A stretch of DNA of 64,000 bases, taken from contig CALKKV010000007.1 of the NCBI GenBank assembly GCA_937992195.1, forward strand, positions 21,581-85,580, given 5' to 3'. The DNA is from an uncultured Gammaproteobacteria bacterium (lineage in GTDB: Bacteria; Pseudomonadota; Gammaproteobacteria; Arenicellales; Poriferihabitantaceae). The notes below the pieces were generated by a model. That model did not search any database. It was not told the origin of the DNA and saw only the letters and a list, made by a program, of their open reading frames with translations. Below are positions 50,680 through 59,121 of this stretch, piece after piece; within the stretch, counting starts at the first letter, position 1; every line of letters begins with the position of its first letter. Position numbers and translations under genes: made by a program.

Positions 50680-50693
50680 CTAAGAGCATTCCG

Positions 50694-52430
50694 CTATTTG
50701 ACACCCAGAATACTTAGGTTCTCATTCGCAACCCGGTCACCTTGAGCACCTGCTCTTTTCAACCATTCTACGGCCTTAGAGCGATTGTAGGGAACGCCAT
50801 CTCCTTGTGCATACAAGACGCCAAGATTTGTTTGCGCTCCTGCATATCCCTGATTCGCCGCTTTTTGATACCAAAAAGCGGCGCGCTCAAAGTCCTGTTG
50901 CAGTGATATGCCAAATTCGTACGCAGTACCGAGATCCGTTTGCGCCCAAGCTACGCCTTTTTGCGATTGTCGTAACAATTCAGGGAGTGCATCAGTGAAC
51001 CATTTTTCTGCAAGATCCGGGTTTTTTGCAACGCTTCTGCCGAATTGATACATGATACCAATTCGAAATTGTGCTCGGGTTACGCCCTCTTGAGCGAGCG
51101 GGTAGAGCAGTTCGAAGGATTTTGCATATTCGCCATCATAGTATGCTTTGATGCCACTAATCAGAACAGCTGAATTTGCTCCAATATTGGCTTTCGCCGT
51201 GCGGTTTAGACCAATAACACCACTAACAATGTTTGGTTCTTTGGGGGTGACGTTGTTTGAAGGTGCGAGTGCGTCTGTGATGGTCGGTAATGTTTCTGTT
51301 GAGGCGATTTGTGTCTTACTGTTACTTGGTTCGATCTTTTGCGGCTTTTTCTGTTGTTTAGGTTCCTTTGGTTTTGTCGCCTGCGCTTTCGCTGTTGCTG
51401 CCGCTTCTGCCTTCGCTTTTGCTTCTTTTTCCTTTTGAATGATTTCTTCTTCTTTAGCGCGCTCTTGTTTTAGGCTGGCATCCAGCGCCAGTTGAAGGCT
51501 TCCGATACGTTTGCTGGAAGGGTAGATGTCCTTTGCTTTTTTGAGCTCGCTGCTCGCAGTCGTAAAATCACCGTTCCGAAGGGCGTCTTCCACTTCGTCC
51601 AGTTTTCTATCGGATAAGGCAGCCAGACCCTGCTGAGCTTCAATATTATCCGGCTCGAGTTCAGCAACTAAACCGTAAAGATCCCTGATTTTATTGAAAT
51701 TCGGTTCGTTGGTCGAAAGCTCAGTGTCAGCTTGATTCAATGCGGTTTGAATTTTTTCCAGTTTTTCTTCTTCAGCTTGCTCTAGCAGTTTCTGTTCGGC
51801 ATCAAGCTCAATCAGTTCACTTATTTCTCCCCTTAAACTTATCTGAAGCGAATCATCTGGTTGTATTAAATCTAGCTGTCCCAACCAGTTTTCCGCTTCT
51901 TCATAATTGCCGGAATCAATGGCAGTTTCAGCATTGCTGATCAGTCGAGATTTAATCTTGGTTTTGCCGGCAACAGCGATACTTTCTTCAGGTTCTATTT
52001 GCAGAATGGCGTTATAGCTTTCCCAAGCGTTATTGCCAGCCGGTGTAACAAACTGTTGGTTTTCAAATTGCACATCTGCTGCATCCAACAGCGGTAAGAT
52101 TTGTTGTTCAATAGATTCATAAGCCAGATATTCGGCAGCCCGATCCTGATCATCTTGTCGTGTGATCGACATTTCCGGCTCTTTCTTGACCACCTCGTCA
52201 GCGACAATATTTTGAGCCTCTTCAGGATTGAGTTTTTTTACAGTAGCAGTTGCTACGCTTGCGTTAGCGCCTCCAGCAAAGATGGAGAGCCAAATATAGC
52301 CAACTATAAGAAAGCCAATTGTTATGCCGAGCCAGACAAACGGATGCCCTAAGGAAAACCCATTTCTGGCGCTTGCCAAATAAGAGTTATCAACATCAAT
52401 AGAAATAGAGTCTGGATTATGATCGTTCAT
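50694..52430 (-). CDS. membrane-anchored Sel1-repeat (TPR-like) protein with coiled-coil and Lys/Ala/Glu-rich linker
   Basis: 578 aa from ATG 52430. It has an N-terminal TM helix (FVWLGITIGFLIVGYIWLSIF), long helical repeats and a KEKEAKAKAEAAATAKAQATKPKEPKQQKKPQK linker. The C-terminal SEL1 repeats are AQFRIGIMYQFG, AQTDLGTAYEFG and AQTNLGVLYAQGDGV. The 699-aa track ORF reads on through the tRNA-Ser gene and is rejected upstream of 52430. Confidence 0.75.
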   Translation of the reverse strand: MNDHNPDSISIDVDNSYLASARNGFSLGHPFVWLGITIGFLIVGYIWLSIFAGGANASVATATVKKLNPEEAQNIVADEVVKKEPEMSITRQDDQDRAAEYLAYESIEQQILPLLDAADVQFENQQFVTPAGNNAWESYNAILQIEPEESIAVAGKTKIKSRLISNAETAIDSGNYEEAENWLGQLDLIQPDDSLQISLRGEISELIELDAEQKLLEQAEEEKLEKIQTALNQADTELSTNEPNFNKIRDLYGLVAELEPDNIEAQQGLAALSDRKLDEVEDALRNGDFTTASSELKKAKDIYPSSKRIGSLQLALDASLKQERAKEEEIIQKEKEAKAKAEAAATAKAQATKPKEPKQQKKPQKIEPSNSKTQIASTETLPTITDALAPSNNVTPKEPNIVSGVIGLNRTAKANIGANSAVLISGIKAYYDGEYAKSFELLYPLAQEGVTRAQFRIGIMYQFGRSVAKNPDLAEKWFTDALPELLRQSQKGVAWAQTDLGTAYEFGISLQQDFERAAFWYQKAANQGYAGAQTNLGVLYAQGDGVPYNRSKAVEWLKRAGAQGDRVANENLSILGVK

Positions 52431-52624
52431 CTTGGTTCTTTTGAAACTCGCAGAATCGTCTAGTTTGCCGGGAATAATCGGTATTTTATCCCATGGATGG
52501 GAAAACGGGCCATTAGAATTGACAGAAACCACCAAAACCCCATTTGCACGCTTGTTCGTTAAACTCTGTTGCGTTAATCTCCGGCCTCCCTCGCGGTGTG
52601 CAATGCGCCGCAGTTTTGGGGCGC

Positions 52625-52714
52625 GGAGAGGTGTCTGAGTGGTCGAAAGAGCACGCCTGGAAAGTGTGTGTACGTTCACGCGTACCGAGGGTTCGAATCC
52701 CTCTCTCTCCGCCA
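52625..52714 (+). tRNA. tRNA-Ser (anticodon GGA), CCA encoded
   Basis: GGAGAGG acceptor pairs with TCTCTCC. T arm is GAGGG-TTCGAAT-CCCTC. Anticodon stem-loop is CACGC-CTGGAAA-GTGTG, giving anticodon GGA. It has a long class II variable arm and ends GCCA. Confidence 0.93.
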
Positions 52715-52895
52715 ATTCCATTAAGAAATATAAAGAAATTGTTATTTGTTGATGCCGGATAGCTTTGCATTGCGCATCACGGTATTTCTCCAATGCGCAC
52801 TAAAGGTGTAGGTGTTCAGCAACAGTTCAGGAGGGGTTCATTATCCGGTAGTAAGGTGATTTCCTGCTCAAATTCGCTTTCGACAAAGCATTATT

Positions 52896-53282
52896 ATGAT
52901 TAAGAAATTTCTGATAACAGGTTTTTTATCTGCGTTACTAACCTTTGGCAGCTTCACTCCGGCTATGGCGGGAGGAAAGTATAGGACTACCCTTAGTCTT
53001 GGGTATTTGGTTGGATCATTGTTCCACTATGGTCATCACCATAGATCTTATCGCCGTTCCTATCATCGTGGTTATCGTCATCAAGGTTACGGTTATCGTG
53101 GCGGCTATCATGGGTATAGCGGAGGCCGTTCTTATCATCGCCCACAGCGCCACTATGGAAATCGATCTTACTCCCATTCGGGTCGAAAGTATTACCACGG
53201 TTATCGAGGCGGGCATTCATACGGTGGCAAACGTTATGGTAACAGAGGTTATCGTCATCGCGCCGCTCGATACCATCATTAA
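52896..53282 (+). CDS. secreted Gly/Tyr/His/Arg-rich low-complexity protein
   Basis: 128 aa. The signal peptide is MIKKFLITGFLSALLTFGSFTPAMA. The mature part consists almost entirely of G, Y, H, R and S in short irregular repeats (HRGYRHQGYGYRGGYHGYSGGRSYHRPQRHYGNRSY...). This is the only one of four overlapping open frames that has a signal peptide. Confidence 0.6.
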   Translation: MIKKFLITGFLSALLTFGSFTPAMAGGKYRTTLSLGYLVGSLFHYGHHHRSYRRSYHRGYRHQGYGYRGGYHGYSGGRSYHRPQRHYGNRSYSHSGRKYYHGYRGGHSYGGKRYGNRGYRHRAARYHH

Positions 53283-53312
53283 GCGATTGGATTTAATGAT
53301 TCACTAGAAAGT

Positions 53313-53339
53313 TGGTTTTCAGGGTTTTCAGGGTTTTCA
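53313..53339. repeat. 3 x 9-bp tandem repeat (T/G)GGTTTTCA
   Basis: Read directly: tggttttca gggttttca gggttttca. Confidence 0.8.
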
Positions 53340-53364
53340 TCTATTGTCTATCATTTCTATTTTT

Positions 53365-53396
53365 GCTTTGATATATGCAAGAGCGTATATCAAAGC
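53365..53396. repeat. 11-bp perfect inverted repeat GCTTTGATATA / TATATCAAAGC with a 10-nt spacer
   Basis: Read directly. It lies in the non-coding-looking stretch of the tRNA-Ser islet. Confidence 0.8.
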
Positions 53397-54099
53397 AGAT
53401 GTTAATAACCCGATGACCAGGCCACATAAAACAGAATTGATCGCCAGTAAAACCAATATCGATTGCTTTCCCTTCTCCACTTTTAGCATTCAGTACGCAA
53501 GCGGGGCGATTGCCAGAATAAAACGTCGCTTATAACAGCTCGGTTAAGCCCCCAGGCAGCTCCATATGTCTGTAACTTCTGGATTATTGACTTTTTATGA
53601 CCTTTTGACTGAGAACAAAGGGGAATGCGAATGTCGCTGTCCGTAAGCCTATCCACACTTTTCCTCAGTGCGATGGGTGTTCCAATATTTCGGATATATA
53701 AGTATCCAATCAGCGGTTGATCAGGATGCAGGAGAGCGTTATACCGAGCAACACAATTTTTACAGCGTCTCCATAATAGATTATCCAGCAGAGCCCTTGT
53801 GAGTAGCTATTCCTGTGGGGTGACCTTGCATCGACGGAGAGGCTGATAGCCAAGATTTCGCTCAAGAAAATCGCAATAATTACAAATAGTTGGCGTAATC
53901 TAGGTACTTCTATTTGAATAACCGATTCATTTATAAAGAGAGAAGGGAATTATGATGCCTGAATGCTGTTTACAAGCGTCAATGAGCAAGAAGATTCAGA
54001 TTCTATTTAAGGGAAATACAGGTTTATGCTAAAATGACCCGCAAACGCTAGGTATAACTTACAAGAAGCCAAAAAAATTAGGCTCGGAGAGAAGATAGA

Positions 54100-55338
54100 G
54101 TGGGAAAATCCGTTCGAAGTAAAAGTGAAGGAATCTTAGGGGCGATCAAAACGGTCACGAATAAACCCGCTAATGCTGGTGGAGAGGTAAGATCGTCAAC
54201 CGGACCGCTTCCCAATGTACCAAAATTTCAGAAACTCGTTGGGTCGACCGGTGAGTCGACTTCATCTGCCGTTACGAGATCACAGGCGACAGATAGTTCG
54301 TCGGTTACTGGACCGGCTAAGACAAAAGCAAGTACTGTTTCCTCCGGTCGAGTTCAGGCTTCAAAAGAAGTTACTTCTGGAAGAGACGTCAAATCTCGCG
54401 AAAATGATTTACCTCCCCGGTATCAAAACCCTATTGAAGAAAATAACGCAAAGATTGAAGCGCGAAAGAAAAATATTGCTGCACTAACCAAAAAAATCGA
54501 AGCCAGAACCAAAAATATTGAGGCGAAAGCGAAAAAACCTGAACCTCAATCTAAACCTCAATCTGAACCCCAAACTGCTAAGTTAAACAAACCAAACGCA
54601 GCTGAATCGGACGATCAAGAAAATTCAGCAAGATTGGCCGCAGAACCTTCGTCACTTGTCTCGGGTAACGATGCGTTAGTCATGCTTGATTCGATTGATT
54701 TAGAGGCGAAGGCAAGAAACTTCATAACTGACAAAATAGGTCAGCAAGTATCTGATAATTTAGCGGATGTCGACCTGGTAGATATTTGTCAGCCGAATCT
54801 ATCGGTGGTCGGTCCAGCATTTAATGCTTTGAAGTACTCTTATCATCAACCTCAAATCGTAAAGTTGTATGGAAACTTAATTTCAACTGCTATGAGCGCT
54901 AAAACCGCACGCTTCGCTCATCCGGGATTTGTCGATCTAATTAGAAATATCACGGAAGATGAGGCGAGGGTGCTTTCCTGGTTTTTTAAACAGAAAGTGC
55001 TTCCAGTGATTGATATTAAAAAAGTGATCAATAAAACTCAGAGTGAGATGCGACTTAACACTCTTGTGTCGACGATTGCGCAAGATGCCGGTTGCGAATA
55101 TGATGATTTAGCTGAGAGCTATCTGGCAAACCTAGAACGCATTGGATTGCTCGAGATTCCTCGGTCAGTTTGTCTTACGGATGACAGCTTATATATCAGG
55201 GTGTTATCTCTTCCGGCTGTCCGAGAACGTATTGATGCTTTAAATAGCTCTAGTAAGGATTATTTTGGTGAAATCGTTCGCTATTATGCCAAGCTCTCAG
55301 TCTTCGGAATTAGGTTTTGTCACGCCTGTATACGTTAG
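54100..55338 (+). CDS. DUF4393/Abi_alpha-like protein with a long disordered Ser/Thr/Lys-rich N-terminal extension
   Basis: 412 aa with a GTG start 8 nt after GGAGAG. Residues 1-190 are low complexity, with the repeat KIEARKKNIAALTKKIEARTKNIEAKAKK. In the C-terminal 200 aa, VGPAFNALKYSYHQPQIVKLYGNLISTAMSAKTARFAHPGFVDLIRNITEDEARVLSWF and LANLERIGLLEIP fit my recollection of the Abi_alpha (PF14337) profile: ...L.elyanLLa.a.d......HPaFveii.qLtpdEAkiL ... nL.rLGLi. Confidence 0.6.
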   Translation: MGKSVRSKSEGILGAIKTVTNKPANAGGEVRSSTGPLPNVPKFQKLVGSTGESTSSAVTRSQATDSSSVTGPAKTKASTVSSGRVQASKEVTSGRDVKSRENDLPPRYQNPIEENNAKIEARKKNIAALTKKIEARTKNIEAKAKKPEPQSKPQSEPQTAKLNKPNAAESDDQENSARLAAEPSSLVSGNDALVMLDSIDLEAKARNFITDKIGQQVSDNLADVDLVDICQPNLSVVGPAFNALKYSYHQPQIVKLYGNLISTAMSAKTARFAHPGFVDLIRNITEDEARVLSWFFKQKVLPVIDIKKVINKTQSEMRLNTLVSTIAQDAGCEYDDLAESYLANLERIGLLEIPRSVCLTDDSLYIRVLSLPAVRERIDALNSSSKDYFGEIVRYYAKLSVFGIRFCHACIR

Positions 55339-55938
55339 CCTGTAAGAACCCATAGCCTGCCTCAAGGGGTTTGAAGCAGCGAAAATTAAAAAAAGAACAC
55401 CTGCTGGTTCGGAAAAAAGAATTAGTTTGTCAAAATTCGATCCGCTCTGCACAGCGCCTTGAAAATGATGAATTGCTGAGGCTCGATAGGCTATGTATAT
55501 CAATATCAATGTCAAGCCGAGCAATCCCAATCGTATCGTACTCCCACACTTGTTCGCCAATGAGCTAAACACTAGATATGTGTAACCAGCACTAGCTGTA
55601 ACAAGTAGAAAAAAGCTTATAGCGCCAGTTCGACTCGCATTTTCTACCAGACTGTTTCCGCTTTTCTCCTGTAAGAGCTCGATAAGTAGCGTTTGAAAAT
55701 CTAATTGCTTGTTTAATCCCATGGCTAGCGTAAATATCCCGCAAGCGAGCCAAAATAATCGAGAATCGAGTTGAATCGACAAGTATGAGTTTCCAATCAC
55801 TATTTCGATTTCTTTCTCACAGAAAAATATCCTAGTGCACATTGCACTGGATACTATGTACCCGATGGTGACCAGCCACGCCCCGAACGTTGGATCACCA
55901 ACTTGAAACATCCATCCTACATCAGTCTGTATATTCAT
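55297..55938 (-). CDS. hypothetical polytopic membrane protein (5-6 TM)
   Basis: 213 aa, hydrophobic, no family recognised. Its 3' end overlaps the convergent Abi_alpha-like gene by 42 bp (55297-55338). Confidence 0.5.
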   Translation of the reverse strand: MNIQTDVGWMFQVGDPTFGAWLVTIGYIVSSAMCTRIFFCEKEIEIVIGNSYLSIQLDSRLFWLACGIFTLAMGLNKQLDFQTLLIELLQEKSGNSLVENASRTGAISFFLLVTASAGYTYLVFSSLANKCGSTIRLGLLGLTLILIYIAYRASAIHHFQGAVQSGSNFDKLILFSEPAGVLFLIFAASNPLRQAMGSYRLTYTGVTKPNSED

Positions 55939-56166
55939 TGATTTGTTCTAAAACTAAGGATACGAGCTCTCAGTTAAGTAAATTGGTTTAATACGGTGTA
56001 CAGGCAGGGAGATGACAAACGATGTTCTTTGAGTGTATGTGACAAACCAAGTTTATGTAACTTAAGTTTCGTAGTCAGGTTAATTTAAGTAAGGTTTTAT
56101 AGAGATTCGAATATGGTGCTTTATACTCACTATTTTTAATTCAGGCGTTGATGGGTAAATACTTCG

Positions 56167-57582
56167 ATGACATTTTATTGGCACGATTACGAGACATTTG
56201 GCGTTAATCCTTCCAAGGACAGGCCGTCTCAGTTCGCCGGTATTAGAACCGATGATGAATTTAATATTTTAGGAGAGCCGCTTGTTCTGTTTTGTAAGCC
56301 GTCATTCGATACTTTACCGTCTCCTATGGCGTGTATTATTACAGGCATAACGCCGCAACAGGCGCTAGAAAAAGGGGTTAGAGAGTCAGAGTTTATCGCG
56401 AAAATTCACGGTGAGATGTCCCTTAGCGATACTTGTTCTGTTGGCTACAACTCCTTACGCTTCGATGATGAAGTCACCAGATACGCTTTGTACCGAAATT
56501 TCTATGATCCTTACGCCAGGGAGTGGCAAAACGGTTGCTCCAGGTGGGACATTATTGATTTAGTGAGAATGACCTATGCACTTAGACCTGATGGAATGGA
56601 GTGGCCATGCAATGAAAACGGACACCCTAGCTTTCGCCTAGAGCTACTGACTAAAGCAAACAATATTGCCCATGAGGCGGCGCATGATGCGTTATCTGAT
56701 GTTTACGCAACCATCGAGCTGGCAAAGTTGATAAAGCAAAAGCAACCGAAATTATTCACATGGCTGTTTGACCATCGTGGAAAAAATCAGATTTTGAACC
56801 TGATTGATGTGCGTGGAAAGAAGCCTTTTTTGCATACGACAAGAATGTATCCAGCTGAGAACGGGTGTACTTCATTGGTAGCTCCTTTGATTTTTGAGCG
56901 CAGAAACAAATCGAGTTTGCTTGTTTACGATCTAAGATACTCTCCTGAAGAGTTTCTTAACCTGGAGGCCGCTGAGTTAAAAAACCGGCTGTTTACACCT
57001 CTCGAAGAGCTACCGGAAGGTGTTAATCGATTGCCTGTGAAATCACTCAAGATTAACAAATGCCCAGCGATTGCGCCTGTCTCAATTTTGACTGGTGATG
57101 TCGCGACGAGAATCCATATAAATCCAGATATATGCGCTAAAAATAGAGAGTGCCTGATTTCAAATCCCGCGTTTTCTGAGCGCGTAAGGGAGGCTTATGA
57201 ATCTCAAGAATTTCAGTCTTCAGGAGATGTTGACTCGGCGCTCTATGATGGGTTCTTCGGAGCAGGAGATAAAAAACAAATAGAGCGGGTGCGTCAGTCA
57301 AGTGGCGCTGAATTAAGCGGTGCGGTATTCAATTTCTCTGATAGTAGGCTGGAGGAGTTGCTGTTCCGGTACAGAGCTAGAAACTGGCCAGAATCTCTCT
57401 CTGAAGATGAGAGGGGTCGCTGGATTGCTCATTGTGAAAATCGTTATCAAAACGAAGAAACTGGTCTGGAAAGGTATTTTGCGGAGTTAGCTTCCCTCAG
57501 AATCAAATATGGCGAAGATCATAGAACCACTGAAGTGATTGACGCGCTCGAGGATTGGGGAGACAGCTTACTCGGTTCATAG
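56167..57582 (+). CDS. sbcB: exodeoxyribonuclease I
   Basis: 471 aa. FYWHDYETFG (DEDDh ExoI motif), SVGYNSLRFDDEVTR and AHDALSDVYATIELAK. Confidence 0.95.
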   Translation: MTFYWHDYETFGVNPSKDRPSQFAGIRTDDEFNILGEPLVLFCKPSFDTLPSPMACIITGITPQQALEKGVRESEFIAKIHGEMSLSDTCSVGYNSLRFDDEVTRYALYRNFYDPYAREWQNGCSRWDIIDLVRMTYALRPDGMEWPCNENGHPSFRLELLTKANNIAHEAAHDALSDVYATIELAKLIKQKQPKLFTWLFDHRGKNQILNLIDVRGKKPFLHTTRMYPAENGCTSLVAPLIFERRNKSSLLVYDLRYSPEEFLNLEAAELKNRLFTPLEELPEGVNRLPVKSLKINKCPAIAPVSILTGDVATRIHINPDICAKNRECLISNPAFSERVREAYESQEFQSSGDVDSALYDGFFGAGDKKQIERVRQSSGAELSGAVFNFSDSRLEELLFRYRARNWPESLSEDERGRWIAHCENRYQNEETGLERYFAELASLRIKYGEDHRTTEVIDALEDWGDSLLGS

Positions 57583-57921
57583 CTGTAGATTTACGGATAT
57601 TGTTTAGTAACTAAGAGCATTAAAAATCAAATGTAAATAATTGTTTTTATTATTAAAATTTAAACTTTTGGAATTGCTTGGGATTGATGGAAGAAAAATT
57701 GAGTGAGCTGCGATTTGACATAGTTAGTCAGTTAATCAATCTGAAGTGCCACATTGCGCATCAGATTTACTCTAGAGCAGGGTATCTGTTGAAGCAAATG
57801 TTTACGTTGTAGCCACATATGTATCAAAGTGCGACAGTCTTAAATCAGTGCAACTTTAAAGAATAATTAAAGTCTTGATACTGTTAACAAGAAGCCGATA
57901 ATTCAGCTTACAGTCGTGTTC

Positions 57922-57950
57922 TTGACTTTGTCAGAGTTGAAAAATAAATT
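57922..57950 (+). promoter_or_regulatory. candidate sigma70 promoter for the moxR-bat operon
   Basis: -35 TTGACT (57922-57927), a 17-bp spacer, and -10 TAAATT (57945-57950), about 67 bp upstream of the moxR ATG. The predicted leader contains the hairpin ACCGGG-n12-CCCGGT. Confidence 0.4.
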
Positions 57951-58016
57951 ACCGACCGGGTTGACCCTTGAGCCCGGTTATTCCGATAAAAAATAAGTGG
58001 GAGAATTCGAATTTTC

Positions 58017-59039
58017 ATGACAGAACAGGCGAGTGTAATGCAAGCTGCCGATGCAAAAACGAGTGAGATCTGGGCATCGTTTAATCAGGCGCAGATCTCT
58101 CTCAATAACCTAGTGTTAGGGCAAGAGCAGTTGGTCTCGAGACTGCTGACTTCATTGCTAGCCGACGGTCACTTGCTTGTGGAGGGTGCGCCCGGCTTAG
58201 CGAAAACCAGAGCAGTTAAATCTCTGGCCTCGGTAGTAGACGGTTCATTCCACCGCATTCAGTTTACGCCCGATTTATTGCCTTCTGATCTCACGGGAAC
58301 TGATATATATCAACCTACGGATGGAAGTTTTCATTTCCAAAGGGGTCCGCTATTTCATAACATTGTCCTCGCTGATGAAATCAATCGAGCTCCAGCTAAA
58401 GTGCAATCAGCACTTCTTGAGGCAATGGCGGAAAGACAGATTACTGTAGGTAAAACCAGCCATCCTCTACCACCATTGTTTTTAGTGATGGCCACGCAGA
58501 ATCCGATTGAGCAAGAAGGAACCTACCCATTACCTGAAGCTCAAATGGATCGTTTCCTGTTCCATGTCAAAGTCGACTATCCGAGTGAGTCTGTAGAGAG
58601 GCAGGTTTTGTCTCTCGCTCGAGAAGAAGCGCTTGACGGGTTGGATGATAGTCGCGTGCTCAAAAAAGTGCAGAGTTTACTTACGCCCGATATCGTGAAT
58701 CAAGCTAGAAAAGAGGTGTTGGCTTTGCACCTGGCGCCAAGTATAGAAGAATATATCGTGCAATTGGTTTTAGCGACTCGTGATCCCGGCGCATACGACT
58801 ATACATTGCAAGATATGATTGAGTTTGGTTCTAGTCCGCGCGGGACGATTAGTCTTGAGAGAGCTGCGAGATCTAACGCTTGGCTTTCGGGTCGAGATTT
58901 CGTGTCGCCAGATGATGTTCAAGCTGTTGTGCATGATGTTTTACGACACAGAATTATTGTTTCTTTTAGTGCCGAGGCAGAGGGAATTGATAGTGATATG
59001 TGTATCAACCGCCTTTTATCTCAGGTTCCGGTGTCCTAA
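58017..59039 (+). CDS. MoxR-family AAA+ ATPase
   Basis: 340 aa. Walker A is LVEGAPGLAKT and Walker B is VLADEINRAPAKVQSALLEAMAERQ. Also ATQNPIEQEGTYPLPEAQMDRF and SPRG. Confidence 0.93.
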   Translation: MTEQASVMQAADAKTSEIWASFNQAQISLNNLVLGQEQLVSRLLTSLLADGHLLVEGAPGLAKTRAVKSLASVVDGSFHRIQFTPDLLPSDLTGTDIYQPTDGSFHFQRGPLFHNIVLADEINRAPAKVQSALLEAMAERQITVGKTSHPLPPLFLVMATQNPIEQEGTYPLPEAQMDRFLFHVKVDYPSESVERQVLSLAREEALDGLDDSRVLKKVQSLLTPDIVNQARKEVLALHLAPSIEEYIVQLVLATRDPGAYDYTLQDMIEFGSSPRGTISLERAARSNAWLSGRDFVSPDDVQAVVHDVLRHRIIVSFSAEAEGIDSDMCINRLLSQVPVS

Positions 59040-59121
59040 GTTCTGCTGTCAATATTTTGCATCCTTGTAATTCTTAGCAAGAGAGATAGGAATCGGTACT
59101 TTCGATTCGATTAAAGCGATC

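Noticed and set aside
52513-52770. 85-aa (minus) and 72-aa (plus, 52544..52762) ORFs
   Set aside because: Both overlap the tRNA-Ser gene and its promoter region and show no protein-like features.
52431-52793. N-terminal 121 codons of the 699-aa minus-strand track ORF (50694..52793)
   Set aside because: This part runs antisense straight through the tRNA-Ser(GGA) gene (52625-52714). Its sequence (..ELAEREGFEPSVRVNVHT..) is the typical translated tRNA complement artefact. A good internal ATG at 52430 precedes the TM helix, so the CDS is called 50694..52430.
52945-53307. Three alternative open frames over the Gly/Tyr/His/Arg-rich gene (120 aa plus; 75 and 66 aa minus)
   Set aside because: All arise from the repetitive codon composition. 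Only the 52896 frame starts with a credible signal peptide and has an upstream start context, so it is preferred. I cannot exclude that none is translated.
53344-53535. 63-aa plus-strand ORF in the islet
   Set aside because: It has no SD-like sequence, an odd composition, and is interrupted by the 11-bp inverted repeat. It is more likely non-coding or decayed sequence.
55939-56166. Direct repeat of the tRNA-Ser 3' end that would mark the distal att site of an integrated island
   Set aside because: Only the heptamer TTCGAAT (in agattcgaatatgg) matches the T-loop region. That is too short to be meaningful, and no integrase is present.
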